This document shows positions 60,565 to 64,000 of a DNA stretch of 64,000 nt, piece by piece; within the stretch, counting starts at the first letter, position 1; each line of letters opens with the position of its first letter. Position numbers and translations under genes: made by a program. The stretch comes from Macrostomum hystrix. Taxonomy: Eukaryota; Animalia; Platyhelminthes. The stretch is from the NCBI GenBank assembly GCA_950097015.1, contig CATNEN010000028.1, positions 434,001 to 498,000 of the forward strand, in the 5' to 3' direction. The notes under the pieces are model-generated. The model saw only the letters and a program-made list of their open reading frames with translations, did no database searches and was not told the DNA's origin.

Positions 60565-61140
60565 TCGGGAAAGTGTGTACATTCAGGGATGGATAGGGAT
60601 TGGTCAGGAAAGTGTGTACATTCAAGGATGGATAGGGATTGGTCAGGAAAGTGTGTACATTCAGGGATGGATAGGGATTGGTCAGGAAAGTGTGTACATT
60701 CAAGGATGGATAGGGATTGGTCAGGAAAGTGTGTAAATTCAGGGATGGATAGGGATTGGTCAGGAAAGTGTGTACATTCAAGGATGGATAGGGATTGGCT
60801 AGGAGTATGTACATTGAGGGATAGATAGGAGGAGTGTGTACATTGAGGGATAGATAGGAGGAGTATGTACAATGAGGGATAAATAGGAGGAGTATGTACA
60901 ATGAGGGATAGATATGAGGAGTATGTACATTGAGGGATAGATAGGAGGAGTATCTACATTGAGGGATAGATATAGAAGGAGTATGTACATTGAGGGATAG
61001 ATAGGAGGAGTATGTACATTGAGGGATAGATATAGAAGGAGTATGTACATTGAGGGATAGATAGGAGGAGTATGTACATTGAGGGATAGATAGGAGGAGT
61101 ATGTACATCGAGAGATAGATAGGAGGAGTATGTACATTGA
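60565..61140. repeat. Adjacent 39-bp and ~29-31-bp minisatellites related to the 44-bp unit
   Basis: Shared gtacatt.a...gata.gga core. Confidence 0.9.
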
Positions 61141-61274
61141 GGAAAATATCTTCGTCGGGAAAGTGGGTAGAGTGTGGGATGGAATTAATTAAGCATTTTT
61201 GTATTACAACTAACGGGAGGCCCATGTCATGAAGTAGTCCACATATTGTAAGTGCAATGGTCATTCAGCCAGCC

Positions 61275-61549
61275 TTATTCAGTATCGTCGGTCCCTTTGA
61301 CAACAATCTCGCCCAGTTCGGCAAGACGCTGACGAAGACGATCCCGTTCGGCTTCGGCAGCGGCGAGGCGTCGATCTCGACTGGTGAGCTGGGCCTCCAG
61401 CTGGCGCACCCGCCGGCAGAGGGACTCGATTTGTAGGCGCAGATTCCGCACTGCCAGAGCCTCCTTAGGCGAGGGCGAGAGAGTGGAGGAGTATGCCGCA
61501 GTATCGACCGACGGAGTCGAGCGAATCAGGAGAGGCATGTTGTGCAGGA

Positions 61550-61582
<33 letters not shown>

Positions 61583-62795
61583 CTTGCCGTAGCTTAGCTG
61601 CAAGCAGTTTACTTGTTAGCTGGGCCCGCTCCAGCGCCTGGCGCTCCTTTGCGGCCTGAATTTGCGTAAGAGATTGGCTGATAGGTGCGACTGCGTACAT
61701 TGATAATCGGATAAGGATTGGCTGGTGGGGCGACTGCGTACATTGATAATCGGATAAGGGTTGGCTGGTGGGGCGACTGCATACATTGACAGTCGAATAA
61801 GGGTTGGCTGGTGGGGCGACTGCATACATTGACAGTCGAATAAGGGTTGGCTGGTGGGGCGACTGCGTACATTGACAGTCGGATAAGGATTGGCTGGTGG
61901 GGCGACTGCGTACATTGATAATCGGATAAGGATTGGCTGGTGGGGCGACTGCGTACATTGACAGACGGATAAGGATTGGCTGGTGGGGCGACTGCGTACA
62001 TTGACAGACGGATAAGGATTGGCTGGTGGGGCGACTGCGTACATTGACAGACGGATAAGGATTGGCTGGTGGGGCGACTGCGTACATTGACAGACGGATA
62101 AGGATTGGTTGGTGGGGCGACTGCGTACATTGATAATCGGATAAGGATTGGCTGGTGGGGCGACTGCGTACATTGACAGCCGGATAAGGGTTGGCTGGTG
62201 GGGCGACTGCGTACATTGACAGACGGATAAGGATTGGCTGGTGGGGCGACTGCGTACATTGACAGACGGATAAGGATTGGTTGGTGGGGCGACTGCGTAC
62301 ATTGATAATCGGATAAGGATTGGCTGGTGGGGCGACTGCGTACATTGACAGCCGGATAAGGGTTGGCTGGTGGGGCGACTGTGTACATTGACAGCCGGAT
62401 AAGGGTTGGCTGGTGGGGCGACTGCGTACATTGACAGACGGATAAGGATTGGCTGGTGGGGCGACTGTGCCCATTAAAGTGTCAGGCTTTGCACTCACCA
62501 CCAGGCGCTGCTGAGCCAGTCGAGTGAGCTCAGTCTGAGTCTCCAGGTATCGTCGGCAGTCCGTGGCGGCGGCTTCCAATTCTCGCTGTTGCTGTTGCAC
62601 CAGACGGGTTAAAAAATTGCGCCAGCAGTTCAGCTCCGCTACCGAACCGGCACTGTCATTGTCAACGGCAGTCTTCGAGACAGTCTTGTTGCCATAGCGA
62701 TACGAGTGCTCATCTAGCAGGCCCTCATCGTCATCTTGTGCGATGACCAAATAGTCTTCTTCATCAGATGCTGATATTAAAGATCTGGCAGCCAT
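61275..62795 (-). CDS. Uncharacterised coiled-coil protein, exons 62499-62795 and 61275-61655
   Basis: ATG at 62795, donor GTG|gtgagt, acceptor attcag|GCC, both phase 0; heptads LRLQIESLCRRVRQLEAQLTSRDRRL; upstream acceptor aattttcag near 62908. Confidence 0.7.
61670..62470. repeat. 44-bp minisatellite, array 2, fills the intron of the coiled-coil gene
   Basis: Same unit as 58985-59740. Confidence 0.96.
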
Positions 62796-62949
62796 GCCGC
62801 TAACAATTTTTGCACCGTTTCGCTCAATATTCCAATATACTAAAAATGAAAACTATCTATATTTAACTCAAGATCTGCTAGTGCAGCTGCAATTTGAGGA
62901 TGAGGCTGAAAATTCAGACAGAAATTATTCATTAGGAGAAACTGGACCT

Positions 62950-64000
62950 CGATCTGATAAACACACCTTGACTTCGGCACCTGAAACTGCCCCAACACAA
63001 TCTGATAAACACACCTTGACTTCGGCACCTGAAACTGCCCCAACACAATCTGATAAACACACCTTGACTTCGGCACCTGAAACTGTCCCAACACAATCTG
63101 ATAAACACAACTTGACTTCGGCACCTGAAACTGCCCCAACACAATCTGATAAACACACCTTGACTTCGGCACCTGAAACTGTCCCAACACAATCTGATAA
63201 ACACAACTTGACTTCGGCACCTGAAACTGCCCCAACACAATCTGATAAACACACCTTGACTTCGGCACCTGAAACTGCACCAACACAATCTGATAAACAC
63301 AACTTGACTTCGGCACCTGAAACTGCCCCAACACAATCTGATAAACACACCTTGACTTCGGCACCTGAAACTGCACCAACACAATCTGATAAACACAACT
63401 TGACTTCGGCACCTGAAACTGCACCAACACAATCTGATAAACACACCTTGACTTCGGCACCTGAAACTGCACCAACACAATCTGATAAACACAACTTGAC
63501 TTCGGCACCTGAAACTGCACCAACACAATCTGATAAACACAACTTGACTTCGGCACCTGAAACTGCCCCAACACAATCTGATAAACACACCTTGACTTCG
63601 GCACCTGAAACTGCCCCAACACAATCTGATAAACACACCTTGACTTCGGCACCTGAAACTGCACCAACACAATCTGATAAACACACCTTGACTTCGGCAC
63701 CTGAAACTGCACCAACACAATCTGATAAACACACCTTGACTTCGGCACCTGAAACTGCCCAACACAATCTGATAAACACACCTTGACTTCGGCACCTGAA
63801 ACTGCCCCAACACAATCTGATAAACACACCTTGACTTCGGCACCTGAAACTGTCCCAACACAATCTGATAAACACAACTTGACTTCGGCACCTGAAACTG
63901 CCCCAACACAATCTGATAAACACACCTTGACTTCGGCACCTGAAACTGCACCAACACAATCTGATAAACACAACTTGACTTCGGCACCTGAAACTGCACC
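62950..64000. repeat. 45-bp minisatellite (tctgataaacacaccttgacttcggcacctgaaactgccccaacacaa-type), truncated by window edge
   Basis: Direct. Confidence 0.96.

Noticed and set aside
5877-60872. Repetitive ORFs at 5877, 7695, 10392, 10483, 14892-15948, 23378, 33204, 50222, 50409, 55934-56646, 58912-59711 and 60551
   Set aside because: They are translations of micro- and minisatellites; several lie inside introns defined by flanking exons
62794-63786. Mucin-like ORF (TSAPETAPTQSDKHTL)n
   Set aside because: Its ATG overlaps the start of the opposite-strand gene, there is no signal peptide, and the frame breaks at a 1-bp-short unit near 63760; best explained as a 45-bp satellite

Overview
Eukaryotic (animal) genomic DNA, not prokaryotic. 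It has GT-AG introns, GC-rich exons in an AT-rich background, and many introns and intergenic spacers filled with minisatellites. This style suggests a free-living flatworm such as Macrostomum (inference only). Genes reconstructed by hand: a NEK kinase 5' exon, a C6orf89-like 2-exon gene, a secreted 6-Cys peptide, an intronless RRM plus long RGG-repeat protein, a PTP pseudophosphatase, MEMO1, an intronless non-alpha Cys-loop receptor with one frameshift, an ankyrin-TRPM chimeric channel, two coiled-coil orphans, an ANK-SAM protein and three tandem intact PIPOX/sarcosine-oxidase paralogs. Mobile DNA includes a decayed Ty3/Gypsy element, a solo LTR, a hAT MITE, two tRNA-SINE families and an 800-bp nested modular palindrome. 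Highlights: (1) all three PIPOX copies lack an in-frame ATG and begin at a phase-0 acceptor, which fits initiation from the 3'-terminal AUG of a flatworm spliced leader; (2) the three copies end in SKL, SRL and no PTS1; (3) a TRPM channel has about 8 ankyrin repeats in place of its usual N-terminus; (4) the palindrome at 12.8-13.6 kb has modules all joined at CAATG/CATTG. All coordinates were counted by eye, and repeat boundaries are approximate.
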